Shown here: piece after piece, positions 40,660-49,606 of the stretch
Position numbering within the stretch: the first letter of the stretch is position 1
Layout: every line of letters begins with the position of its first letter
Virus record (IMG/VR): IMGVR_UViG_2718218494_000001
Strand: one strand, 5' to 3'
Origin: an uncultured virus (IMG/VR IMGVR_UViG_2718218494_000001)
Taxonomy: Duplodnaviria > Heunggongvirae > Uroviricota > Caudoviricetes
Length of the DNA: 64,000 nt
The notes under the pieces: generated by a model
The model's input: only the letters and a program-made list of their open reading frames with translations
Database searches by the model: none
What the model was told of the DNA's origin: nothing
Position numbers and translations under genes: made by a program

Positions 40660-41001
40660 TCAGACGCCTAAATCTTTTCGCTTTTCGGCGATCTTCTCGC
40701 GCAGCGTTTCGGCTTTGGTGTTGTGATGAGGTTTCTCGTTAAAGAGCAGTTCGTACTCTTCGCGGAGCTTATCCAGCTCGTCATCGCCACCACCGCCTTC
40801 GTTCAGCGGCTCAGGTTTAACGACGGCGGGAGCCACAACCTTTTGCGTTGCCTTCGCCTTTGCTTCCTTCGCCGCTTCATTCAGCGGCTCCAGCGCCGAG
40901 CCAGGCACCCCGTCATACTCAATCTCTGAACCCTCCGGCCAGAGGTTGTTATGGATATGGGACAGACGCAGCACGCGGTATTTTGCTTTTTCAGCTGACA
41001 T
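40660..41001 (-). CDS. Hypothetical virion-region protein
   Basis: ORF with AAGGAG RBS. Confidence 0.65.
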   Translation of the reverse strand: MSAEKAKYRVLRLSHIHNNLWPEGSEIEYDGVPGSALEPLNEAAKEAKAKATQKVVAPAVVKPEPLNEGGGGDDELDKLREEYELLFNEKPHHNTKAETLREKIAEKRKDLGV

Positions 41002-41011
41002 CGATATCTCC

Positions 41012-41455
41012 TTAGCCGGTCACTTTAGAGCGGGTTGGGTACGGGGTATTCGTATCAACGTCCAGGTTGATACCGGAGGTGAACGCGCCAGCAGTCAGCG
41101 GGCCGGTGGCTACGGAGTAGTTCACACGCAGATAGCGCTGAACGCCCGCCGGTACCTTCGCCGACACAACGCGCTTACCAGCTTTAAGCGCTGCCAGAGC
41201 CAGGGCGCCGCTGTCATAAATGGTCGTCCAGGTGCTGTTGTCAGGACTGGTCTGCAACTGCACGTTGACGGTAGCGGCGCCAGCAGCGGTAGCCGTGGTG
41301 TTAACGAGAGCCCAGAACTCCAGCGGATAACCAACGCCGATATCACGGCGGGTGCCGTCGACAGGCGCCAGGTCAATCACATCGGTAGAAGCAGCAGTAG
41401 CCGTAACCGCCTGCGCTTCGGAGAACATCAACAGTTTGTCGAGGATCATCTTCAT
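41012..41455 (-). CDS. Bbp16-like capsid cement protein
   Basis: MILDKLLMFS.AQAVTA.AAST..IDL; RYLRVNY. Confidence 0.75.
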   Translation of the reverse strand: MKMILDKLLMFSEAQAVTATAASTDVIDLAPVDGTRRDIGVGYPLEFWALVNTTATAAGAATVNVQLQTSPDNSTWTTIYDSGALALAALKAGKRVVSAKVPAGVQRYLRVNYSVATGPLTAGAFTSGINLDVDTNTPYPTRSKVTG

Positions 41456-41502
41456 TTCTCCATTTAGCAGCCCGTTACCGGGCCGCTGGTTATAGTCAGG
41501 GG

Positions 41503-42489
41503 TTAAACCACGCGAGCTTCAGTTTCCAGAAGCGCATCGGTTTCGCGAATCGGAACGCCACGGAAACTGGTCCACCATTCGCCTTCAGTCTCTTTGACGC
41601 TAATCGCCAGAGAGGATTTCTCCAGAGATTGCAGGTCAAGAGCCTGGGCAACGGTGCGGTTCATGTAGAACACCGGGCGCCCCATGCCACGGTTAGGGAT
41701 GCGATGCAGCGCTTTCACCATGAGCTTGGCGATGTTCGCCGCCGCAGCAGGGTCGGACAAGTCGCTGATATCGATGTTCGCGATGCGCACAACGTAGCGC
41801 CAGTCGCGCAGGCACAGGCCGTTATCCCACTTATAGTGGGTGCGGTAGCCTTCATACTGGCCGTCGTTGGCATCTTTCAGAGTCTGCTGGCCTTTATCTT
41901 CCATCTGCAGACCTGCTTTCTGGCCTTTCGGGAAGATACCGTGAACGGTGTTTTCGCCCCATACAATGAGCCAGATTGAAGTGTTATCGGTGCCAGTACC
42001 GCCGGCGTCGATAATGTTTTGCGCGTTGGTAGCCGTCAGGTCGGAGTAGCGAGAAGACAGGCCCATGAACTGCTGCGGGTTAACGCTGGAGTCGCCATAA
42101 AAAAGCGTTTGAGCCATCTGCTGATTCATCGCCTCGAGGAAAGCGCGATCTTCTGACAGCCGAAATTCAGCGGTATTTCCGTTCAGATCTGCCAGAGATT
42201 TATCAATCTCCGCATAGGTTTCCAGCATGCCAATGCCATCGGTAACCTGCACAGTGGTCGATTTGCTCGGCTGTACGCCGTAGTTGAGCAGACGCCAGGT
42301 CGCCGACGGCAGGCCAGAGCGAATGGTCGTACGATGACCGGTCGGCAGGTTGCCTTCAACGATCAGCATGTCCTGCAGTATCGGGTTGGTTTGGGAAAGG
42401 AGTTCGATAATTTTATCGACTTTCCCGTTCGGGTCGATGCGCTTACCCCAGTCTGCCAGCGTCAGCGCAGTAATGCCTTTAACAGCCAT
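41503..42489 (-). CDS. Major capsid protein
   Basis: IIELL.QTN.IL.D, GLPSATWR.LN.G, F.GVPIR.TDALL.TEA. Confidence 0.93.
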   Translation of the reverse strand: MAVKGITALTLADWGKRIDPNGKVDKIIELLSQTNPILQDMLIVEGNLPTGHRTTIRSGLPSATWRLLNYGVQPSKSTTVQVTDGIGMLETYAEIDKSLADLNGNTAEFRLSEDRAFLEAMNQQMAQTLFYGDSSVNPQQFMGLSSRYSDLTATNAQNIIDAGGTGTDNTSIWLIVWGENTVHGIFPKGQKAGLQMEDKGQQTLKDANDGQYEGYRTHYKWDNGLCLRDWRYVVRIANIDISDLSDPAAAANIAKLMVKALHRIPNRGMGRPVFYMNRTVAQALDLQSLEKSSLAISVKETEGEWWTSFRGVPIRETDALLETEARVV

Positions 42490-42503
42490 GGTTATATCCT
42501 CTC

Positions 42504-43184
42504 TTATTTGCCATAAAGCACTTCGGCCGCACTACGCTGACCGCTTTCTTTTCCTGTCACCACGCCATCTTCTGACATGGCTTTTCCTACTTTGACGAAC
42601 GCCTTAACCAGCTCCGGGTGATTACCCAGACCTGTGCCGTTAAGATACTCTTTCAGCGCCGGCGTGCCGAAGGTGTCCAGGGCTCGCTGAGCAACACCGA
42701 GGTTGGCCGTCAACTTATCGCCGCCGATCTCTTTATCGGCCTTGACGGTTGCTGCCCATTCTTCAGTTTGTGCCTGCCATGCATCTGCCTGACGCTGCTG
42801 CACACCGGCCAGAATTTTCGGGTATGCATCCACCAGCTTCTGTGCCTGCTCATTGGTCAGGTTCAGTTCACGGGCAACCGGCTCGAAGTCCTTCAGCGCT
42901 TCAGCGTCCAGCTCGACGCCCTCACCTGCCTGGAATTCGTATTTCTCCGGCGCGCCTTCCTGCTTCTGCTCTTTGTCATCAGGCTTGTCTGCTGGCTTAT
43001 CACCATCAGCGGGCTTATCGTCCTGAGGCTTGTCACCTTCAGCGCCATGCTGTGGCTTATCGCCTTCTGGTTTTGCCGGGTCAGCAGCAGGTGCGGGTGG
43101 CTCAGACGGTGCCGGTGCAGTGCCACCATCAGCAGGTTGCTCATTGCAAAGACGGCGATGCAGCAAACGTTCAAATAAATTCAT
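42504..43184 (-). CDS. Capsid scaffolding protein
   Basis: Pro/Asp/Lys-rich N-terminus, TGLGNHP; upstream of the capsid gene. Confidence 0.8.
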   Translation of the reverse strand: MNLFERLLHRRLCNEQPADGGTAPAPSEPPAPAADPAKPEGDKPQHGAEGDKPQDDKPADGDKPADKPDDKEQKQEGAPEKYEFQAGEGVELDAEALKDFEPVARELNLTNEQAQKLVDAYPKILAGVQQRQADAWQAQTEEWAATVKADKEIGGDKLTANLGVAQRALDTFGTPALKEYLNGTGLGNHPELVKAFVKVGKAMSEDGVVTGKESGQRSAAEVLYGK

Positions 43185-43186
43185 GG

Positions 43187-43483
43187 TTACTCCTGTTCAC
43201 TGGCCTCTGCGGCCATCTTCAGATACTGTTCAGGGCAGTGCGCCATGACGCGCTGGAACAATGCCAGCGCCAGGTTGCGCTGCCCCTCGTTGAAAGCAGT
43301 CACTTGCGGATCACCGGCAAAGCAGGCAGAAAACACCTTGCCCTGCTCCAGTACCCCCCAGATCACCCGGCGGCCCTGCTCGCTACCCATGACGAAACGG
43401 ATATCTTCAATGTCACGCTGTTGAAGGAGTTCCTTCTCGCGTGCCGATTCAGCAGCCAACTGGTCATCATCAAAATCTGTCAT
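43187..43483 (-). CDS. Bbp19-like protein
   Basis: GRR..W and AFNEG.RN motifs. Confidence 0.7.
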   Translation of the reverse strand: MTDFDDDQLAAESAREKELLQQRDIEDIRFVMGSEQGRRVIWGVLEQGKVFSACFAGDPQVTAFNEGQRNLALALFQRVMAHCPEQYLKMAAEASEQE

Positions 43484-45162
43484 TGCTGGCCACCTGCAGG
43501 AGCACCTGCTGCGTTAGAAAGCGCTGTCAGTACGCTGGGATCCTCCGTCTGCGCTTCACTGAGAGTCTTGGCACCCTGAGCGGCAGCCATGCCCATAGCC
43601 ACCATTTGCTGCTGTTGCTGCTGCTGAGCGCGCTGCTCGCGAACCTGCTCAACCTGTTCCTGTGGAACGATGACTGTCGGCGAGACACCGGACATCTCAG
43701 CGAATGCATCAATGGCTTGATCCACGTTGAGTTTGTCCAGCGCTTCCGGTTTGGCCTGTGCCAGCTGGCCAATGAAGCCGACGGTGGATGACAGGCTTGA
43801 TAGCCCAATAGATTTCTGCGCCTGCGCCATCACCGAGATGTACTCAATGCGCAGCGGCATACCCTGCAGGACGTCCGGCGGGGGCGGGAGAAGGTTTTTT
43901 CTCGCCATGATGGAGAAGGTGCGATCGATAAGCGGGTTCAGGCATTCGTCGTTCAGACGCTCAAGAACAGGCCCAAGCATCAGCAACTTCTCTTCTTTCA
44001 TCTCGATCACTGCTTCAACCGGCATCGAGCGGGTATTGATGTTCTGCAACATCATGAAGAGGTCGACAAAGTAGGCGCTGTTGATGATCTGCCGAGTGTC
44101 CTGAATGTCTGCCAGCAGGTCGGCGGTATTCGGGTTAACCAGATAGGCAGGCTTGAAACCATCCTGCCCGGTGACCTGATCGATATAGGTTATATCGCCA
44201 GGCAAAAGGGAAACACGCTGGTTGCGGAGTGATGACGGACCAACCATCGGCGGGTTGGTGGCCTTGTCGATCAGCTGGCTTTTGCGCTTCTGCTCCAGTT
44301 GCAGAGCTTTAACCTGGCCGAGGGCAATCATGCCCGGGCAGGATGAGCCGTATACATCCTCGCCGTTCACTTCCCAGCGCGGCGCCATAATCGGGAATTC
44401 ATCGAAACCAGACTCACGCAGCAACTTATCGCTGTCGCCTCCAACCTCGTAATAAACCGATTTGACCGGCTTATTTTTGCTGTTGAGCTTGGCAGTATCG
44501 CGGTCGATGTTCGGATAAACGGCATGTATAACTTCGATCCAGCTTTCGTAGTTACCGGAATCCCACATGCCCTTCACTGAATCGCTGACGTTATTGAGGC
44601 CAAACTCCATAACCAGCTGGCGCACAGTCATGGAGAATTTGCGGAAACAGGTGTCAACGCTGCCGCGCGCAGAGTTAGCCATGTAGTAACTGCCGATCGG
44701 AAACATCATCGTGCGGATAACGTCGCTGTCATCTTCCAGCACAGCCATAGCGCCGGTACTGTAATTCCCCAGGCTGGCGTAAAGCAGCGGCAGCGACTGG
44801 TAGATATTGGATTTGTTGAACACTTCGTTCATGCGGCGCTGAACGACTTCAAGCCACAGTTTCACTGGGCCGTAGTCCATCATGTCAGGGTCAGGCGTTG
44901 CCAGCTTGAACCACGGGCGCGCAGGAGAAGTGATCCCCGACATCATGCCGCTCGATAGCGTGCGTGCTGCCAGGGTGGCGGTGGGGTCAACAATTTTCGT
45001 ATTGCGGCGGTCATCCCGGTTTACATCGGTGACCAGGAAGCGGGAGCCACGCGGATTGATGAAATCGCTCAGTTCGCGCCAGTGCGGATCGAACGATGAG
45101 CGATCATTAGTGAGCTGTGCCTGCTGCTTTTGCAGTTGCTCTTTCAGGGTTTCCGCTGCCAT
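43480..45162 (-). CDS. Portal (head-tail connector)
   Basis: SGITSPARPWF, EEKLLMLGPVLERL. Confidence 0.93.
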   Translation of the reverse strand: MAAETLKEQLQKQQAQLTNDRSSFDPHWRELSDFINPRGSRFLVTDVNRDDRRNTKIVDPTATLAARTLSSGMMSGITSPARPWFKLATPDPDMMDYGPVKLWLEVVQRRMNEVFNKSNIYQSLPLLYASLGNYSTGAMAVLEDDSDVIRTMMFPIGSYYMANSARGSVDTCFRKFSMTVRQLVMEFGLNNVSDSVKGMWDSGNYESWIEVIHAVYPNIDRDTAKLNSKNKPVKSVYYEVGGDSDKLLRESGFDEFPIMAPRWEVNGEDVYGSSCPGMIALGQVKALQLEQKRKSQLIDKATNPPMVGPSSLRNQRVSLLPGDITYIDQVTGQDGFKPAYLVNPNTADLLADIQDTRQIINSAYFVDLFMMLQNINTRSMPVEAVIEMKEEKLLMLGPVLERLNDECLNPLIDRTFSIMARKNLLPPPPDVLQGMPLRIEYISVMAQAQKSIGLSSLSSTVGFIGQLAQAKPEALDKLNVDQAIDAFAEMSGVSPTVIVPQEQVEQVREQRAQQQQQQQMVAMGMAAAQGAKTLSEAQTEDPSVLTALSNAAGAPAGGQQ

Positions 45163-45176
45163 CTGCCGCGCTCCAG

Positions 45177-45383
45177 TTACTGACCGAGCAGCGTTTTGCC
45201 GCTGGTATTTGCGGCGGAGGTATCACCCTGCGCCCCGGTCAGCAGCGTAGAACTACGCCCGGCGGCCGCACGGCGACGCCTGGTTTCTTCATCGCGGGAA
45301 TCGACTACAGCCTGATCCTGTTCCTGCGGAGCCGCCTGAACTTCTGGTGCTGCAGGTACTGAAGGCTTGCTGCCAATGCACAT
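45177..45383 (-). CDS. Small structural-operon protein
   Basis: GRSSTLLTG...KTLLGQ motif typical upstream of podophage portals. Confidence 0.7.
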   Translation of the reverse strand: MCIGSKPSVPAAPEVQAAPQEQDQAVVDSRDEETRRRRAAAGRSSTLLTGAQGDTSAANTSGKTLLGQ

Positions 45384-45450
45384 ATCGATACTCCATACGC
45401 GTTTAAATTATTACCAATTTAACCACATATGATTTATTTGTCGTAGTGTA

Positions 45451-45487
45451 TTGACCTTTTGACGATAAATTATTACCTTTTTGGTAA
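45451..45487 (+). promoter_or_regulatory. Rightward promoter overlapped by a repressor operator
   Basis: TTGACC-17-TACCTT with TTACC-N5-GGTAA at 45473-45487. Confidence 0.65.
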
Positions 45488-45488
45488 A

Positions 45489-46168
45489 CACAACATGAAA
45501 GCGCACCCCATTCCCTTCCATTGGTGGCTTTGTCGTTACTCAGATGGCGGAGTGCGCTTCCAGGTGTGAAAGCATCCGGCGTATGGCACATGCGTCGATA
45601 GCGGTCCGGGGGCTCCTTGGTACATGGCCCAGCGGGTAGCCGGAATGTGCAAGCCATGCCCTGCATGCACGACAGCGACTCACCATCGTGGCGGTACGGT
45701 GTGACACCTCGGAAGAGACGAGGGCACAACAGGTAAGAGCATTGACCGAGCCTAAAAGTAATTGGCAGATACCCTCTCAGGGGTTGGTCATATCGGGACT
45801 GCAGTCGGCGCAGCTGAGATAGAGCCACAATGCAGCGTTCAGTGCTCTTTCCGTTGTGGTGAATGCGCAGGCTGATGCGCTAACTTATCAGCTAGATGGT
45901 GAGGTAATGGCTCACCATGGCGACGACGGGTAGTCCATTTGCAAGCCGGAGATCAGCGCCGGCCACCACAACCCAATCACGCATCAGGACCGTGATACCC
46001 GTAGTTTCAGTGCAAGTTTGGCGGTGGCAGTTATTCCCTTTCTGACCACCGCCATTTTTACAGCAGGACGCCATTGCGATGACTTCATGCTGTAAACCCT
46101 GTGACACCCAGCCAAGGACGGCACTTTCCATCATCCATGTTTCGCCCGGTTCGTCCGGGCATTTTTTT
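45489..46168 (+). ncRNA. Putative modular structured non-coding RNA / long leader
   Basis: No credible ORF; consecutive long stems, two related pseudoknot modules, terminators at ~46020-46059 and 46144-46168. Confidence 0.6.
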
Positions 46169-46184
46169 AAGGTGAGATTAGACT

Positions 46185-46496
46185 ATGAGTGACAAAGACA
46201 TTGAATCTGAAATTCAGGCTAAAGGCTTAACCGCGCCGCGCGTTACGCGAGACGACATGATCGCAAACATTGCTCACGCTGAAATCGTTAAGCACGTTTC
46301 TGTTACCGGGCAGGTTCTTCGCTGGGCGATCATTACGACAAAGAATGGCTTCGCGGTAACCGGAAAGCCATCATGTGCAGTCTCATCTGAAAACGACGAT
46401 GAGGCGATCGGAAAACAGATTGCTCTGAAGAACGCAGAGAACGAGCTGTGGCCACTGATGGGTTACGCTTTGAAAGAAAAGCTGAGCCAACAGTGA
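46185..46496 (+). CDS. N4 Gp49/Sf6 gp66-family protein
   Basis: APRVT, NGFAVTG.SCAVS.EN.D..IG..IA..NA...LWPL.GY.LK. Confidence 0.85.
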   Translation: MSDKDIESEIQAKGLTAPRVTRDDMIANIAHAEIVKHVSVTGQVLRWAIITTKNGFAVTGKPSCAVSSENDDEAIGKQIALKNAENELWPLMGYALKEKLSQQ

Positions 46497-46537
46497 AAAG
46501 CGAATTAGACGGCTTTAACGCCGTGACATGTCACAAT

Positions 46538-46563
46538 AGCCCGCCGATGCGCGGGCTTTTTTT
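46538..46563. terminator. Terminator hairpin between convergent genes
   Basis: AGCCCGC...GCGGGCTTTTTTT. Confidence 0.75.
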
Positions 46564-48038
46564 TACGCCCACGGGTCGTACTCGCTGATCACGTTGGGCT
46601 GCTTGCCACCGGCAGCAGGGAAATCTGAACGCTTCGTCACCGGGTATGCGAATGTCAGAAGCAGCGCATCGCCCTTGCCAGGCGACCGGCCCAAACGCTC
46701 TTTGATATCCTCTTTCGGCTCCATGACGATCTTACCGTCCACCCTAACCTTGTACTCTGCCGCGGAAAGGTCGTCCGCCGTCTCCTGGTCATCCAGCGCG
46801 CCGCCGAGCTTGAGCCACGTCTTACAGGCGTTGAACATCTCTCCGCGCTTATTCAGCATCTGCGGGTCTGACGATGCGCCGCCGAACGGCACAAGCTGCC
46901 AGGTGCGGCCCCAGCCGTCACCGATGGACTTCAGCCCGGTGCCGTAGCCGAAGTCGATAAACACCGCGTCAGCCTGGTACTGGTCCTCAAAGTCAGCGAT
47001 ACGCTTAGCCATAATCAGATCGTCAGTGGTCTTGTTGCCGGTCCACAGCACTTTGCTGTGCAGCCCCTGGCGGAGATAAATCACCGCGTCATCCACGCCG
47101 GAATATGCCGGGTCGACGCCGATTATCCGCGGGGCGTGCGCCACCTGCGCAGCGGTCACAACGCGCTTCATCGCCTCGTCTGTCAGACCGGTAGGGATGA
47201 ACTGCAGCTCTGACGCATCAGGGAAGATCCCGCGCACGCGGACCTTCACGAAATCGCTGTCCTCGCCGTAGTCATCGACCCACTTTTGCAGCTGCTGCTT
47301 GTTGGTGCCTTCGACGGTGCGGCTGTCGATTTGCGCGCATTTCCAGCGGTGCTTGTATTTGCGGAAGCACTCTCGGAATCGCCCGGTGTTACGCGTCGGG
47401 TTACCGAACGCCACCCAGATAATTTCGGTGTCCTCGTCCGTCAGCGCGCCCTCGGCAACCTCCCAGACCAGATCCGCGATGTTGGATGCTTCGTCGAACA
47501 CCACAACGATGCGCTTACGCTCGTTGTGCAGGCCTGCAAACGCCTCGGTGTTGTGCTCAGACCAGGGAATAGCATCGGCGCGCCAGCGTTTGTCGTGGCC
47601 CGGATCGTTGCTGTACATCGCGGTGGCGGTGCAGGTGAACCACTCTTTCGTGATAGCCAGGTTCGACCATTTGATGATTTCCGGCCAGGTCTTCGTGCGC
47701 AGCTGGTTATCGGTGTTAGCGGTCACCACCACCTTGCAATCTTCACAGGTGGACATGGCCCAGTTAATCAGCATGGAGATAAACGCAGATTTTCCGATGC
47801 CGTGGCCGGATGCGCGGGACAGCATCAGCGGCTGGTGACGTGTCGCGGGATTCTGCAGGTGCTCGCCTATTTCGCGGAATGCGTCAGCCTGCCACTGGCG
47901 CGGACCAGTGGCGTGCGCCAGTTCTGTGCCATCCTCGCCCCACGGAAACGCATACAGCGCATAGCCCAGCGGGTCATGGGTGAAGCTGGCGATATCGTCG
48001 ATCAGCTGTTCTTCCGGGGATAAAGCGGCGTCTGTCAC
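46563..48038 (-). CDS. terL: Terminase large subunit
   Basis: ASGHGIGKS Walker A, FDEAS Walker B, GVDPA nuclease motif. Confidence 0.95.
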   Translation of the reverse strand: MTDAALSPEEQLIDDIASFTHDPLGYALYAFPWGEDGTELAHATGPRQWQADAFREIGEHLQNPATRHQPLMLSRASGHGIGKSAFISMLINWAMSTCEDCKVVVTANTDNQLRTKTWPEIIKWSNLAITKEWFTCTATAMYSNDPGHDKRWRADAIPWSEHNTEAFAGLHNERKRIVVVFDEASNIADLVWEVAEGALTDEDTEIIWVAFGNPTRNTGRFRECFRKYKHRWKCAQIDSRTVEGTNKQQLQKWVDDYGEDSDFVKVRVRGIFPDASELQFIPTGLTDEAMKRVVTAAQVAHAPRIIGVDPAYSGVDDAVIYLRQGLHSKVLWTGNKTTDDLIMAKRIADFEDQYQADAVFIDFGYGTGLKSIGDGWGRTWQLVPFGGASSDPQMLNKRGEMFNACKTWLKLGGALDDQETADDLSAAEYKVRVDGKIVMEPKEDIKERLGRSPGKGDALLLTFAYPVTKRSDFPAAGGKQPNVISEYDPWA

Positions 48039-48619
48039 TGGTCACCACCCTGGCGCTCTTTCAGGCGGCGCCGGGCGGCGGCCATGCGGTCAGCAATGGT
48101 GACATTCACGTTAACTTCCATGCGCTCTTTGAATGCCATCACATCAACGTGCTTACCAATCAGCTCGAGGTTCTTCACCTTGTCTGGCCATTTTATTTTT
48201 TTGAGGATAGTCTCGATCGTGGTCTCATCCATGTTCATGATGGTTGAGGACAGATCGAAACCGCTGAGCGTGGTGCGCCAGATTTTCGGCCACTCGCGGA
48301 TAGGCTTCAGGCCGCCGTCATCATTCAGGATATCCAGCACGTCCATCTGGTCTATTTCCACCAGGCGCAGCAGCACGTAATCGGCGCTGACGCGCAGGCG
48401 CTTGTTGCGCTCCTCCATCAGCTCAGCGATTCGTTTTTGGATACGCTCATCACGCATCATAGTGCTGGCTTTGACGTGGGCAGACTTTGGGGAGAACCCG
48501 GCATTGATGGCCGCCTGCGTCTGATTTTCAGGGCATTTCACATACTCCTGGGCGTAGGCTTCCTGCATCACCGTCAACGGTTTGTATTGAGTTGATTTGC
48601 GCTTCGGATCCTTTGGCAT
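48035..48619 (-). CDS. terS: Terminase small subunit
   Basis: N.TQAAI.AG.S..SA; DKVKNLELIGKH. Confidence 0.9.
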   Translation of the reverse strand: MPKDPKRKSTQYKPLTVMQEAYAQEYVKCPENQTQAAINAGFSPKSAHVKASTMMRDERIQKRIAELMEERNKRLRVSADYVLLRLVEIDQMDVLDILNDDGGLKPIREWPKIWRTTLSGFDLSSTIMNMDETTIETILKKIKWPDKVKNLELIGKHVDVMAFKERMEVNVNVTIADRMAAARRRLKERQGGDQ

Positions 48620-48696
48620 GGTAAACACCCCGAAAATAATTACCTTTTAGGTAATAGTAACACGCAAAACAAAGCCGCCATAGTCGGCGGCCGCGG

Positions 48697-48963
48697 TCAT
48701 TCCAGTTTAAATTCATCCTCTAACTCATGAGATCGGGCGGCGACATGGTCGTATAGCACGACGTACTCAACGCAGCTTGATAGGGGCATTGGCCGCTCAA
48801 ACTCAAGCCAGAAGCAGTCGGCATAAGCTCGACCAAACCAGTACCCGCCGCCGAACTCCTTACCACGCTGGATCATCATCCATCGGCCATCAGGTACAGC
48901 GTCGATAAAATCCCCGCGGTAAACGACAGTATAATTACGGTCTTTGCCACCCATGATCTTCAC
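48697..48963 (-). CDS. Hypothetical protein preceded by an SOS box
   Basis: 88-aa aromatic-rich ORF. Confidence 0.7.
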   Translation of the reverse strand: MKIMGGKDRNYTVVYRGDFIDAVPDGRWMMIQRGKEFGGGYWFGRAYADCFWLEFERPMPLSSCVEYVVLYDHVAARSHELEDEFKLE

Positions 48964-48973
48964 CCCTAAAATA

Positions 48974-48989
48974 CTGTATATTTAAACAG
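48974..48989. promoter_or_regulatory. LexA box
   Basis: ta-CTGTATATTTAAACAG-ta. Confidence 0.85.
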
Positions 48990-49028
48990 TATAATCATGC
49001 GAGGATTTAGTCAATCTGTCGTGACATG

Positions 49029-49367
49029 TCACAGCGGTAGTTTTGTTTCGTGCCAGCCGTACATAACCCAGCATGCGGCTTCCCCTGAGTGCGGGCATGA
49101 TGCCACTGGCAGTTGATCTCCGCACTTGCCGCAGCGCCGTTTGCTGATGGCGTTAATCCGGCCGCGCACCCGGGCATCATCCTGGCGGATCAGCAGCGCG
49201 ATGTACTCGGCCATTTCGTATGGATCGCGACCAGGGCGCCGGGCGGCGCAGTTCCGCGCCAGCATCTCTACTTCCTGCTCGTCGAGCACCAGTTCAATTT
49301 TGCGCTCACCGGCGGCGGACTGCCGCGCGCGCTGCGCGGCTTTGCGTTCTGCTGGGGATTTAGGCAT
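49029..49367 (-). CDS. Hypothetical protein (RHH-like with Cys cluster)
   Basis: KSPAERKAAQRAR, CGKC. Confidence 0.7.
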   Translation of the reverse strand: MPKSPAERKAAQRARQSAAGERKIELVLDEQEVEMLARNCAARRPGRDPYEMAEYIALLIRQDDARVRGRINAISKRRCGKCGDQLPVASCPHSGEAACWVMYGWHETKLPL

Positions 49368-49606
49368 CAGTCGTCATCCTCATCCCAATCGTCACCTTCC
49401 TCATCCTCTTCATCATCGCAGGATGCGAGCAGAGGATTCATCCGCCGCCCTACCTGGCTGGCGTAGCCGCGGCGACAGAGGTTGTGCAGCACGCTGTAAA
49501 TTTCGAACATTTCGGTCCGCTCATCACCAATATCAAGCTCACAGGCCAGCGTGTGGCATTCAGTAGCGAGTGCCGATATCTTCTCAAGCAGTTCGACCTT
49601 ATTCAC
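49367..49606 (-). CDS. Hypothetical protein with an acidic tail
   Basis: Coupled ORF. Confidence 0.65.
   Translation of the reverse strand: MNKVELLEKISALATECHTLACELDIGDERTEMFEIYSVLHNLCRRGYASQVGRRMNPLLASCDDEEDEEGDDWDEDDD

Noticed and set aside
45403..46134. 141-aa and 80-aa minus-strand ORFs over the RNA array
   Set aside because: No clear RBS or motifs; antisense to the promoter/terminator polarity
45489..46168. tRNA, hammerhead ribozyme or HK022 put site
   Set aside because: No TTC T-loop or anticodon arm, no CTGATGA/GAAA core, and no resemblance to put as I recall it
29014..48023. Many long plus-strand ORFs opposite the structural genes (except 46185-46496)
   Set aside because: Shadow ORFs of GC-rich coding sequence with no recognisable motifs
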